Shown one piece after another: positions 1 through 12,511 of a DNA stretch of 64,000 bases (within the stretch, counting starts at the first letter, position 1; every line of letters begins with the position of its first letter). Origin of the DNA: Azolla caroliniana. Lineage: Eukaryota > Plantae > Polypodiophyta. Under the pieces are notes generated by a model. The model was not told the DNA's origin. It did no database searches and was given only the letters and a program-made list of their open reading frames with translations. A program made the position numbers and the translations under genes. The stretch covers positions 5,828,001-5,892,000 of the forward strand of contig JBHGNT010000022.1 in NCBI GenBank assembly GCA_043228905.1. The letters are read 5' to 3'.

Positions 1-1343
1 GTGGTCTTGCTCATCTCTTCCTTCTTTTTAAAGCTTCTTGTGTCATGTTTCTTAGAAGGGCCTTCATCTAGATCCGTCCTCTTCCGCTTCACATCTACAA
101 ACACTTCGCATCTGACCTCTATAGAGATCGTGTTGTTATCAACCGGATCCGCCCATCCCGGTAAGGTCTCGTACATGAAGGTTGGCTAGCTTTGCATCAT
201 CCGAATTAATCTTCCCTTTCTTTTTTCGTATTCGAGGATGGTCGACCAAAACCCCATTCCCGGTTTAATCATTCCAAGCTTCTCCTTCCTGATTCTTATA
301 CCGGCGGATGCCAGCATAGTGTATAGCTTCAACATGGCTTGCATCGGCCTCATCCATGTTTTTCTTTAGACCCCCCCCTACCAAACTTCACTTGCAAGGG
401 CTTTCAAGTATCCCTTGAGTGTATAATGTTGCCTTCCATATAGACGAAGTTTTGTCGAATTGCCTCTTGGTGGCTAGCACAATCTTTCCTTACATGATCA
501 ACACTATCACACCATACACATCTGTATGGGTCTTTCCTCTTCGGCCATCTACGACTCATATTATCTAACGAAATCGCTTCGAATTTTCGTGTCAATTCTT
601 CAATGACAGAGTTCTCCATCGCTCTTTCGATCGGCTCGCTTTGCTTTGTCATCTCAGTTGCTATTGGAGCCTTCTTTGGACTACCGGGCCCGCCATGTCC
701 GAATCATCTAGCCATCGACAACGTTTGTCAAATAGATCATATGATCTTCTTACCGCAACCCAATCCGTTATGAGAGACCATTGGGTTGTGCTTCGTCCTC
801 TAATAGACTACCTAGTTCTCGTCTATCTTTTGCATCCACTGCCTTTAAGAAGTACAAAACTTTATCTCCATCGAGAAGTGTTTGGTCGGTTCTCGGGAGA
901 CGGTTGTACATTTAGTCAAATTCAGTGTACACTCCCCATGTGTTCATGTTATTCCCCTTCTTCTAGATCCACTTCATCAATGTATGACGAGTCATCCTCG
1001 ATGCATTTTCAAGCATATATTCAGCCAAAAGCGCCCTTTCAAATCCCACCCATGTTGTTTGGGCGGCTTGAATCTCCCTTATACGGCCTTGTAACCCAAT
1101 TGCTACGACATGCTTGAAGCTTGATATTTGCTTCTCTTCGATGACATCACGTTGTTGCATCTCCGTCTTGTATGTAACGAGAAAATCCGTAATGTTTCTT
1201 CCACCAAATTGGCATGTTATCTCAACAGTTCAGTCGATGGCCTTGTCTAAGCTTGCATCATTATCTCAAGCCCTCATCATATGATCGACAATAGCCACCA
1301 ACTTTGCCACTTCGTTAGCTTGGGTGTTTGTTGAAGAAGCCAT
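1..1343 (-). pseudogene. Degenerate gag of fungal-like (FLDD-type) Gypsy element A, continuing off the left window edge
   Basis: ORF 404-652 has a CCHC knuckle (CVWCDSVDHVRKDC). ORFs 404-652 and 963-1160 are homologous to gag at 26680-27321. Probable ATG at 1343. Confidence 0.8.
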
Positions 1344-1360
1344 CTTCTAACCTTCTATTT

Positions 1361-1788
1361 TGTTAAAGATTGCTTGCGAAAGCGTTAGAAAGAACAGTAC
1401 ACAAAGAGAGAGAGAGAGAGTACTTGGGAGAGACAGAGAGAGAGAGACACACACACACTATTTTCCAAAATTATATGAATACTCTGTGCTCTATGTATCT
1501 ACAACGCGCTCATCAGTGCTATTTATACAAGTCCACACGGGACTATTAGAAGTACGATGTACTTCAATGCTCACACGAGCATCTGACACTAACTATGAGA
1601 CTATGAATGCCTAGTAGTCTAACCTATACTAGGCTTCCAGTTACGGATTGGATCCGGCATACTGGCTCCCCAGCTCACCGGTCCTTACTGTTTACTGGCT
1701 CAGTTGCTCACCGGCATACCGATTCATCTCGCTTACTGGCTCAGGCTTATTCAGCCGATCCGGCTCCGGTTGAGCTTGCCACTCAACA
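1361..1788 (-). repeat. 3' LTR of the Copia element
   Basis: TGTTAAAGAT...ACTCAACA. Direct repeat of 6902-7238, adjacent to the PPT. Confidence 0.95.
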
Positions 1789-2130
1789 CTCCCCCTCAAG
1801 CTCAACCTGAGGTAGAGTCGTAGTGTCAACCTCTGTGGCAGCCGGTTCTTCCAACCGACTTCTCCTAGTGTCGCTTCGCCTAGCTCGCGCTCCTTGTCCG
1901 GTCCGGTCCCGTTTGCCACGAACCCTTTGGTTCTGTGCACCTCGACCTTCGGCATGTCAGCTCAATAGGCCCATCTCAGCTCCTTCGCTGCTATGACTCC
2001 GGCGCTTGCCGATCCGTTTGTTCCTCCGTAATGGCATCGACTTCCGTTGCGTTTGTGTCTCCTTGGCCTCTCGTTGATCCGACTCATCCGGATTTGTTTG
2101 TTGATCCGAATCGGCTGTCTCCGAGTCGTT

Positions 2131-5100
2131 CTAGCTCTTGTCCGAATTGGTATCCTCTGATTCGATTTTCGGCTTCAGGCCTCTCACCACATCGGACCAC
2201 GTCCGGGTCTTGGCCTTCTCCGTGCTTCCCTTGGCTTCTTCAGCCGGTTCACCGAAGTCGAATTCTTCATTCGACTCCGCATCATGGCCATTACGATCTT
2301 GATGACCTCCGCATGGCATGCACTTCTCTTCCTGAGTGTACACTTCTTCTTCACAGCCGCTTACTTCGACCTGTTCGGATGTGCCGACTTCCTTCGTCGA
2401 CTCGGCTTCATTTTTCTTCTTGTCTCCACCTCTACCGGTTCTTCTCTTACCTACGGGTTCAACAGTTTTTTTGCCTTTGCCCGTTTTGGTAGTGTCTTTG
2501 CCCTTGCGTCTCCCCCTCAAGTGCGGCATGTCGAGATGCTGAACACCAAGCATTTCGGTAAAGTGCTGCAACTTGTCCGACCCGAGCGGCTTGGTGAAGA
2601 TGTCGGCAACTTGCCGATCCGTGTGAACATACCGTAGTTCAACTTCACCACTCAGGATAATGCACTTTTATGTGATAATGCACTTTTATGTGCTTTGTGC
2701 GAGCATGGAACACAGGGTTATTGGCGAGCTGCATGCTGCTAAGATTATCGCAGTAGATCAGGATCGGGGTCGGCACCTCGATCCGCAGGTCTTGCAGTAG
2801 TCGCCGAAGCCAAATGGCTTCGCAGGTGGCAACGGTCGTGCCCCGGTATTCAACCTCAGTGCTGGATAGAGCCATTGTTGGTTGCTTTTTGTTGCTCCAC
2901 GCAACAGCCGCGCTCCCAAGAGAAAACATAAAGCCGGAAGTTGAGTGACGATTCGTTGCATCGCCAGCCCAATCGGCATCCGTGTAGCCGACAAGCTCTT
3001 CGGTTATACCTTGCCGGTATAAGAGCCCCCGGTCCTTAGTGCCGCTTACATACCTCAGTATTCGTTGCACACACTGAAGGTGCTCCACGGTCGGCTTCTG
3101 CATGAATTGGGTTACCACTCCGACCGGATAGCTAATGTCGGGTCGGGTGATGGTCAAGTAGATCAGGCTTCCGACTATTTGTCGTAACCATTTCTCATCT
3201 CAGGCTGGTCCAGAGTTGGGACAGATCTTCTGATTCCGGTCCACGGGTGTGGAGACAGGTCGACATCCCGTCATGCCGAACTTGTACAACATATTCAACA
3301 CATAATGGCGTTGAGAAAGCAATATGCCGTTGGGGGTGTGGATCACCTCGATCCCCAAAAAATAATGAGGGTCCCCCAAGTCCTTCATATCGAATGCGTC
3401 CGACAACTGGGACTTGATGCGGTTGATTTCCGGAAGACCTGGGCCGATGATGACTAAATCATCAACATAGAGTAAGATAGATACCGGACCGTTTGAGCCT
3501 TGACGGATGAACAGGGAAGAGTCCGACTTAGAGGCACCAAACCCCATCTTTCACAACTGGTGCGTGATCTTAGCATTCCAAGCACGGGGGGCTTGCTTCA
3601 AGCCGTACGACTTCCTCAGCCGGCATACCGCCGACTTGTTCACCTCCGACTGAAATCCGGGGGGCTGAGTCATAAAGACTTCTTCTTCAAGATCTCCTTG
3701 AAGGAAGGCATTCTTCACATCCATCTGATGTAGATGCCACCCCCTTGCCGCAGCAATTGCCAGTATCACACGAACCGTCATCATCTTCGCTACAGGAGCG
3801 AAGGTCTCGTCGTAGTCAATTCTGTGGGTCTGCGCATATCCCTTCGCCACTAACCGGGCATTGTACCGGTTAACTGTACCGTCGGCATTGTACTTTACCT
3901 TGTACACCCACTTGCATCCAATCGGTTTACAGTGACGGGGAGGGTCAACCAGGTCCCAAGTTCCTTTGGCATCCAGTGCCCGCATTTCTTCCCCCATAGC
4001 GGCACGCCAATTTGCGTCCTTTGCCGCTTCTACAGAGCTCTCCGGCTCACGCACTTCCGCGACCTTGGTCATGTACGCATAATGATGCGCCATGTACTCA
4101 TTATACCTGTACCATTTAACGGGATCCTTCTGGCGGGTGGATCGGCATAACTCACCGTTACCCGGTATGAGACCCTTCTTGGCCGGTTCGGTCTTCGTTC
4201 CCGAAGATCTGCCTATGTCCTTGCTGAAGTCAAATACGCACCGATCCGACTCATCATTGCCGGTCTCGAATTCCGGCATCTTCTGCTTCCCTTTTTGTTT
4301 GTGTGTGAACCGTCTCCTTGGTTCCGTGCGCAGGGAGAGCACGACAGAGTCTCCACTACTCGCCATCTCATCATCTGATTGGTTGGACTGATCCAGTCTC
4401 TCATTTGGTCCGCTTAACCGGAATGTTTCCGGACTCTCATCTTGAGTCCCGGCTTCATCTTTCTCTACCTGGGCCGGTTCGGGCTCACTAGCCCCATCCT
4501 CCGACATCGGGTCGGGATCGGAAGTCGGAGTTGGTAAGGAATACCATGATGCCGATTCATCAAACTCGACATCTCGGCTGACTCAGACCTGCTTCGTCCG
4601 GGGGTTATAACACTTATACCCCTTTTGCTCTTGAGCATAGCCGACTAGGATGCATTTTTCCGATTTTGCATCCAGCTTTCTCTGCTTCTCATCTGACACA
4701 TGTACATAGGCTATGCTGCCGAATATCCGGAGGTGTCTCAAATTCGGCTTGCACCCGAAATATAGCTCGTGAGCTGACACCTTGTCCCCCATCCGGTTCT
4801 GGATGTAAACGACCGTTTGGACCGCCTCCGCCCAGTAGAACTTGGGCATGCTCTTTTCCTCCAGCATTGTCCTAGCCGCGTCAATTAGTGACCGATTCTT
4901 CCTTTCGGCCACACCGTTCTATTGCGGTGTGTATCTGTAGCTGAATTCTCGCCGAATTCCTTTTTGTTGCAGATAGCTGTTGAATTGGCTGGAAAAGTAC
5001 TCTTTTCTGCCATCCGACCGTAGGCATTTGATCTTCCTCTCCGATTCCCGTTCCACCATCTTCTGGAGGCTCCAGAAACACTCGAAGACTTCGCTCTTCC

Positions 5101-6850
5101 GCTCAATGAGGTAGATCCACGTATGCCGCGTGTAGTCCTCGATGAAGGAGACGAAATATCGATCCCCGCCAATGCTAACATTTTGTGTCGGTCCCCACAC
5201 ATCCGAATGGATAAGATCGAGCTTGTTACGGCTTCAATTTCTTTCGGTGGGGAATGGAAGCCGGTGTTGCTTCCCGAGTTGGCAGGCTTCACAAATCTGG
5301 GCTCTCCGGCCGCTAAACTTCGGCAAACCGAAAACGACTTGTTCTGTTTGCAGGTCTTGAAGCCTCCGGTAGTTGACGTGCCCGATCCACTTGTGCCACA
5401 GGTCGATATCCGACTCGACCTTTTGTCCTTTGGTGAACAGTGCGGTGCTGACATCATTGGTGTTGAGGATAAACATCCTCCCATCTCTGCGCCCTTGCGC
5501 AATAACTTCGCCCTCATCCTCAATGAAGCACCCGAGGTGTGTAAACCGCACCTGCATCCCCTGGTCGACGATCTATCCAACCGACACCAGGTTCTTCGTG
5601 ATCGTCTGAACATGTAATACATTCATCAGCTTCCCCCTCTGTCCGACGTGGCTCAAAGGGACTTCTCAGACGTGCACGATTGGGTGGGGAGTGTCGTCTC
5701 CGGTTTCGACAACTCCCGGTTGATTCGGCTTCTCCAAAAAGGATAACCACTCCTCATGGCTCGTCATGTGGTTTGATGCGCCGGGGACAACGTACCACAC
5801 TTCCTCCTTTTTGGAAGTGGTCTTCTTCATTGAGTTTGCCTTGTGCTTCATCACCAAGGCTGGCCCCTTACCGTTCTTGGATCCTCCCGATCCGTTTGCG
5901 TAGTGCGAGCTTTGCCGGCCTTCCTTACCGGTCTTTCCGTATCCGGATTTGTCTGAATCGGCATGCTTTCTCCAACACTCGCTTTCCCTATGGCCCTTTT
6001 TGCCACAATACCAGCATTCCATAGCGGATTTGTCTTGCCGGCCTCCGGCACCACCTTGACTCCCTCTGCTTGTGGAAGTCCCGGAACTACTGTCGGCACG
6101 CTCACTGTGCCTTCGTTCCTACTCTTTCCGGCCGCTTCCATTGCGTGCCGACCTGCCTCATCCACCACGCCCGCGGGACCGATCCGCTCCCGTGTACAAC
6201 ATCCGACTGTCTGGGGATGCACTGATAGATGCACCGGCGTGGTTCTCCTCTACAAGGAGCATCGACTGTAAGTCGAAAAATGAGGGCGTATTCTCCCTTG
6301 TACAAATCGCAGTTCGGAAAGCTCCGAACTTGGACGCCAGGCCTCCAAGACAGACCTGCACCATCTCGTCTTCCTCTACGGTGACGTTAATAGAGGCAAG
6401 CGAGTCACAGATCCCTTTGATCCGGGCTGTGTAATCTGCCACCGACATGTTCTTCTGTCGAACATTGCTCAACTCCTGTCTGAGTTGCAGCTTCCGGGCA
6501 GTGGTGCTTGCGGCAAAAACCTTTTTCAAGTTTCCCCAAGCATCCTTCGGTGTCTTGGCGTCACGGATATGGCTGAGTAGCTGGTCACCGACACTGGACG
6601 CGAAGTAGTACATCACCCTGCTTGCCGCCTGTTCCCACACTGGGAAGTCCTTGTGTGTCGTCTCCGGTGCTGAGTCGTTCACTCTGTCGACATAACTCCA
6701 GTAGCCATGCCCAAGCAGGTACTGGTGCATCTTGTATGACCAAGATGCATAGTGGGTTCTGTTGAGCTTCTCCACCGGGAGTGACGTAGCCATACCTCTG
6801 TCAATTTCTCCTTTTGTGTCTGTTTTCTGATCTGTTAGGGTTTCCTTCAC
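2131..6850 (-). pseudogene. Copia gag-pol polyprotein with frameshifts and stops
   Basis: gag 6158-6850; CCHC CWYCGKKGHRESEC and protease region (GASNHM) 5666-6022; GAG-pre-integrase/integrase 4583-5557; RT 3200-4507 ([16 protein letters not shown]); RNase H 2645-3157 (YTDADWAGD, CDN, HARTKHI). Confidence 0.95.
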
Positions 6851-6901
6851 AAATGTAGATTGACTACAGCAAAGATTCTCAACCCACGTGCTCTAATACC
6901 A

Positions 6902-7238
6902 TGTTAAAGATTGCTTGCGGAAGCGTTAGAAAGAACAGTACACAAAGAGAGAGAGAGAGAGAGAGAGTACGCGGGAGAGACAGAGATAGAGAGACACACA
7001 CTATTTTCCAAAATTATATGAATACTCTGTGCTCTATGTATCTACAACGCCTATAAATGCCTAGTAGTCTAACCTATACTAGGCTTCCAATTACGGATTG
7101 GATCCGGCATACCAGCTCCCCAGCTCACTGGTCCTTACTGCTTACCGGCTCGGTTGCTCACCGGCATACCGATTCATCTCGCTTACCGGCTCAGGCTTAT
7201 TCAGCCGATCCGGCTCCAGTTGAGCTTGCCGCTCAACA
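6902..7238 (-). repeat. 5' LTR of the Copia element, with an internal ~93-bp deletion
   Basis: Matches 1361-1788 but lacks the segment 1508-1600. Adjacent to the PBS. Confidence 0.95.
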
Positions 7239-7271
7239 TATTTCAAGCACTTGATCCTTCCTACCGCCTCT

Positions 7272-7288
7272 TCACGTCGGGTTCACCA
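7272..7288 (-). promoter_or_regulatory. Primer binding site complementary to the tRNA-Trp 3' end (Gypsy element A)
   Basis: Minus strand TGGTGAACCCGACGTGA, matching plant tRNA-Trp ...TCACGTCGGGTTCACCA as recalled. It lies 8 nt from the LTR end at 7297 and is contiguous with gag once the Copia insert is removed. Confidence 0.8.
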
Positions 7289-7296
7289 CTTTATTA

Positions 7297-8542
7297 TGTC
7301 GTGAAAATCTGTCACTATATGTGGATCGTGAGGCGGAACCGCCGGGGTTATGGACGGAAAGGAAATAGGGCTCACACACACAATAGAAGGAAGGCGTACA
7401 CAAACAAGGCATGAGTATTCGAACGTGTTTGCGAAAAGGAGAGGTGCATGGGCTAGCCCGAATCAACCCCTACTCACAAGGCCAATGAATGCACGTGAGG
7501 AAGGCTTACACACGGACACACGAGGAAAAGGCTTACTTACACACATGAGAGACAGAGTTTCGAATGCCTTTGTGAAAAGAGAGGTGCATGAGCAAGTCCG
7601 AACACTCCCTTGTTACAAGACACACGTACAAGCAAGCAAGGTTTACACACGGGCGACACAATTTGGAACGCCTTTGTGAAAGGAGAGGTTCATGGGCAAG
7701 CCCGAAGGCTCCCTTGCCACAAGTCACACGAACACACAAGCAAGATTTACACTAACACGCAAGACACGATTTCGAACGCCTTTGTGAAAGGAGAGGTACA
7801 TGGGCAAGCCCGAAACTCTCCCTTGTCACAAGACACACAAACAAATAAGCACAAATGACTATAACATATAAGACACGTAGCTGAAACCTAACATTAGTTT
7901 ATTACAATATAATAGATTCTTTTATAAAATAAGAATCAATTTTACAACGGGTTTGATATGATAATGAGAGATAATTTATAAAGGAAGGGGGAAGAGAGGT
8001 GGAGGAATGAAGAGAGTGGAATATAGAAGAAGGTGATTCTTTGTTGATGATGCCTCTCGATGTTGTTGATCCTTCTTCTTTTGCCATCCAATTGAGTAGA
8101 GCTTCTGCGTTCCTTCTCCCTCCCCCCCTTCTTCACTAGAATAGGCTCTTAATTATAGGTTTAGGATTGATGGCTTTTTCCCCTAAAAAAAAGCTTGTCT
8201 ATATGAGTCGACTTTCCTTTTCCTCTCTATTTCTGGTTTCTAGCCCCAAAATTCACATGCAAGATATTCTTGGAAAGCTCTTTTGGTTAGCTTTCTTATG
8301 CACCTTTTCATTTCTAATTTGGACATCTAACGAGGAAATTATGAGCTTTTTTCTCTACTGTGCTCCTCATATCCACGCGTGCTTTTTCTTTTCTCTCCAT
8401 TTTTTTCTCTACTTTTGTCTACTATTGAAAACCGCCTCTAACTTAATATTCATCATTATTTATTGTAAGATTCAATCCTTTGGTATTATCTTTGGCAAAA
8501 TGAAAAAGTATTTTTGCTAGCAATATAGTTGACTTCACAATA
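7297..8542 (-). repeat. 5' LTR of Gypsy element A (~1.25 kb) containing internal tandem repeats
   Basis: Ends TGTCGTGA...TCACAATA (probably decayed TCACGACA), the same termini seen at 27650 and 29924. PBS on one side, interrupted protease of another element on the other. Confidence 0.65.
7418..7850. repeat. Four-copy tandem repeat with a ~44-bp conserved core inside the LTR
   Basis: Core TTCGAACGCCTTTGTGAAAGGAGAGGT.CATGGGCAAGCCCGAA starting at 7418, 7559, 7663 and 7771 (spacing 141, 104, 108 bp). Confidence 0.85.
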
Positions 8543-10166
8543 ATGATATTTATAGGAAAGGCGGATGGCCAATGGAAACAAATCATGGGTTGAGGGTAAA
8601 ATCGGCTAATTCAACTATTCAGGAACTTCATGGAGCTTGCCCAAACATCAAACTTACGATTGGAGATGTGCCAAAGGAGAAACATTTCTTTATCGAAAAA
8701 ACCTGTTCGTACCCAATGATTCTTGGCTAACCATATATCACATCTTCTAGGATGGAGACGAAGGTGCTTGAAGATGGCTCGACGTATGCTAGGATTCAAA
8801 GTACTGATGGTAAAAGAAGTGTTCAATTTCTTAATGTTAGGCAGGAGCATGATAGAAATAAAGATGAATTCCGAATTAACTCATGTGAGCATGATATGTC
8901 ATCATATGAGTCAGATTTTTAAATAGGATCATTGATGGGCAGGGACACAATGGTCCCAAAGCTTTTCTTTCATTGCAAAAATGTTTTCTAGTTAATAAAA
9001 TAATCAATACTTTCTCTAATACAATAGATGGATTCACCTGTTACTTTGGTGTGGAAAGTGATGCACAAAATAAAGGGAGCAGGAAAATGTTGTCCATGCA
9101 TTGTGAACTTCAGGGATGATTGAAAGGGATGACATAATTATTTGTATGTTTCTTGAATATTTAGATGTGGATGTCAAAATATTAGAAAATTGCTTGAATG
9201 AGAAAGAATGCGACAAGAGATTTGTTTATGTTATTCTACTGATATGTACCTTCATATTGTTGATTTTATTTAAAAAAATGGTTGTATAGCTAATAGTGAG
9301 ATAGTTGGCAATAACTATCATGAAATAACTAAAAAAGCAAGTAAAAATAACTATGCAATAATAGTTGACACTAAATATAAAACAATAAACAAAAAGGTCA
9401 AGCCCGTGGCCCTGCATCTACCTATGGATAGTACTGAAATGAAAAAGAATGTCGCGTTTGAGCCAATATTACTGGATTCTAAGGTATTGGTCATAAGTTT
9501 ACAAATGCTACTTTAGATCAACTAAAAATTGGTGAGAATGATTTCCTTTTGCATGTTGAGATACAATGTTTTCGAAACATGATTGCTAGTCATGGGAAAG
9601 CATTTGCATTTGAGTCGAGTGAAATTGGTTGTGGAACCAATGATTATATTTACAGTTCCGCATATTCCTTGGAATTTAAGGCTTATCCCTGTTCCTCGGG
9701 CCCAAATGATGCAAGTAATAGCTTTGCTTAAGGAAAAAATAGAAATGGGTATCTTGGAGCCATCAGATGCCCCCTACTCGAATAAGTGGTTTAATGTACA
9801 CAAAAAGAATGGTTCATTAAGGATTTACAATCCTTCAATAGAGTTACAATTCGAAATATTGGTGTTGGACCGATTGTAGATGCATTTGTAGAGCTATATA
9901 TTCTATGTGTGATTTGTATTCAGGATATGATCAATTTCAACTTGCTATTGATAGTCATGATATAACTACTATAAGAACATGGATTGGATTGATGCGAATG
10001 TGTACATTGCCTCAAGGTGCTACAAATTCTATAATGCATATTGTGAATGCTATGAATAAAATTTTAAGAGATTTTGTGCCAAAAGTAACTATGCCTTTTC
10101 TAGATGTTGTTCCAATTAAAGGATGCTCGATGAATAAGAAGGAAGAAAAGCTCATGCCAAACAAAT
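8543..10166 (+). mobile_element. AT-rich degenerate FLDD-type Gypsy fragment (protease end and RT)
   Basis: EPMIIFTVPHIPWNL...ILEPSDAPYSNKWF (9583-9879) and DLYSGYDQFQL...LPQGATNS...MPFLDVVPIKG (9905-10130). Homologous to 23878-26285. Confidence 0.85.
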
Positions 10167-10693
10167 GTACCGGCTTTTGTCCATACATAACCTCCGTCGG
10201 CATATACCCTGTCACCGAGCTGTGTGTCGTTCTGTCAGCCCACAAGGCATAGGGTAATAGTCGTGGCTAATTCCCGACTCGTCCGTTGCATGCTCCTACA
10301 ATGGCTTTGATGATAGGTCCATACCCTCACTCGATCTTCCCATTCACTTCCGGATTGTAGGAAGTTGTGAGGGAGAGCTTCACGCCTAGTCATTCGAAGA
10401 GCTCCGTCGCTTCGTGCGCATCCAACTCCCCTCGGTCGGCCACTATCTTCCCCACACATCCGTATAGTCAAACAACCTCTTCAAGCAAAAATTTGCAAAC
10501 AGCTGAAGTCGTCTTATTTGTCAAGGCTCGTCCTTCCACTTGATTTGTCAAGTCTTCCCTTGCCAGCACTAAGTACTTCATTTGTCCCACCCCCATTGGC
10601 ATCGAGACCAAATCCACCATCCATTTTAAGTGTATGGTGAGTGGGTATGTCGGCCTTAACTCATCACGATGATGTATATTTGAATATATTTGG

Positions 10694-11127
10694 TGTCAGG
10701 AACAGTACTAAGACAGAGAAGGAATTAGTACTAAAAGAAGTATTAGTATTAAGAGAGGTGAAGAACTCTCGAGAGAAGGAGAGAGTGAGTGAGAGGGAGG
10801 GAGAGAGAGATCGAGAGAGAGAGAGAGAGAGAGATGATAAGAAAAGATATATATTATGTGAAGAAAATGTACTATAGCTAGGAGGCTTAAGACTGGCGTT
10901 GAACTGATTTGGTTCGAAATAATGCCTTGTGCCTCCTTTTATAGTGTTCTAAGGAATACTCCTGAAGTTTCTAGAATGTTCCAGAGAAATCTGGAATATA
11001 CATCAATTTTCTATAATAAAACGTAAATGAAAATAATATTTTATGTATTACAATGTATAGTCTAATGGTCAAGAGCTTGACCCATGTAGTATAAGGTCAT
11101 GGGTTCGAGTCTTGCCATATCATGACA
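10694..11127 (-). mobile_element. Solo LTR of a Tcn1-like chromovirus family
   Basis: TGTCA...TGACA with near-perfect TSD TTTGG/TTTGA. Reverse-complement homolog of the LTR at 36743-37191. Confidence 0.85.
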
Positions 11128-12050
11128 TTTGACAAGTTTCGCATGTGGACATGAAATGGAGTACATCTTTGTACATGCTTGGCCACCAGTACTTCTCCTT
11201 CAACTTTTCGAACGTCACCCATGTTCCTCTATGACCTGCCCAAGCACTCTCGTGGAATTCGGTCATCAGCGTCTCTTGCCCTTCTTTCTTCACCACCACT
11301 CGACGTGGTATTCCTGTCCTTCTTTTTGGATGTCGCCAAAGGAATCCTCCCTTCAAGAAATGTCGGTAAGCTTTCTTCCAGATTCGTAGGGCCTCCTCCT
11401 TTGTCAACGAAGCATCTGTCGTCAATGTTCTTAGGAATCTACCGATGAGCAACCACTCTCCTTCGTACTCGTTCTCGTTGAAGGCATGGAGGGTTTGCGT
11501 GTCCTGGTCTTCCGCCGACAATCGAGCCATCTTGAAGAAGTTGAGGGGGACATCTTCATCTTTCGAAACCATTTCGCTTCCATTTTCAAATCTTGCCCTC
11601 GACAACATGTCAGCCATGGCGTTTTTCTTCCTTGCAATGTGACGGATCTCTGGGTTTAAAGACTTAATGTAGGCGATCCACCTTAGCATAGCAAGATTTG
11701 GGGTCGCACATCCCGAGACCATTCTGAGAATTGGGAGACAATCTGTCTCTATTATCAGTTCGGACCCGATCGGGTAATCTTTGTCTGTCTTCACTACTGA
11801 CACAATACCCCAAAGTTCCCGCTTGACTTGGGCATATCTTTGTTGCCGTTCGCTGAGAATCTTTTCTCCGAACCAGACGACATATCGTGCATTATCTTCT
11901 CCTTCTTGATTGATGACCCACCCAATTCCGGTTGGGCTCGTATCTACGGTCACGTAAATCGGCTTTCCTTCGGCATAGTCGGCCTTCCTTAGTGCTGGAG
12001 CTTCAAGAAGCAGTTTCTTCAATCTTCGCATCACATTTGTATGCTCGCTT

Positions 12051-12511
12051 TGTTATATCCTAGGGCCGGACAATAGCCTAACACAGGGTGTCCACTCAAG
12101 ACACTTCACCAAAGGGTGATACGGCAAGATGACTTACGGCACAACGCTTAATTAGACCTTAATCGATTACTTAGCACACATCACTAACACGCGTAAGATA
12201 TAACAATGAGTACAGAACGGTAATCAATGCTGAAAGATTAAAGCAATAAGTTCTATTAATTATCCGCTCTCAATCACATTGTAACAGGGCCTTTATATAG
12301 GTCTCCGGTGCGAAATTCAAAACAGTGCCAACCGACACCTTTTCGGGATCGGTCTGGATCCGGATCGGCATACCGATTCCGGTCCGTCCGTCCACATCTT
12401 CTCATATATTCCTATATATTTTAAGACTACTAATTACAATAGTTCCCGAATAAATTATTCCTTTCACACTCTGGTTTGGACCTCCTTAAGCCTTCTTGCC
12501 AGTCGGTAACA
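12051..12511 (-). repeat. 3' LTR of Gypsy C
   Basis: TGTTATATCC...GGTAACA, direct repeat of 23409-23870. Confidence 0.95.

Larger units (their letters stand above)
1361..7238 (-). mobile_element. Ty1/Copia LTR retrotransposon with intact boundaries and decayed coding region
   Basis: LTRs 1361-1788 and 6902-7238 (TG...CA). 5-bp TSD TATTT at 1356-1360 and 7239-7243. Met-type PBS (TGGTATTAGAGC) at 6890-6901, PPT at 1789-1800. Domain order gag-PR-INT-RT-RH. Confidence 0.97.

Noticed and set aside
7272-7288. tRNA-Trp gene fragment
   Set aside because: Only the 3' 17 nt including CCA, next to an LTR. This is a PBS.
7418-7850. CRISPR-like repeat/spacer pattern
   Set aside because: The intervening segments are homologous to each other, the context is a eukaryotic LTR, and there are no cas genes.
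7297-8542. Hammerhead ribozyme (retrozyme) in the LTR repeats
   Set aside because: By eye, no CTGATGA...GAAA core in the required arrangement on either strand of the repeat units.
11050-11120. Functional tRNA gene
   Set aside because: A and B boxes are present but no convincing acceptor or anticodon stems, and it lies inside an LTR. Reported as a tRNA-like module instead.
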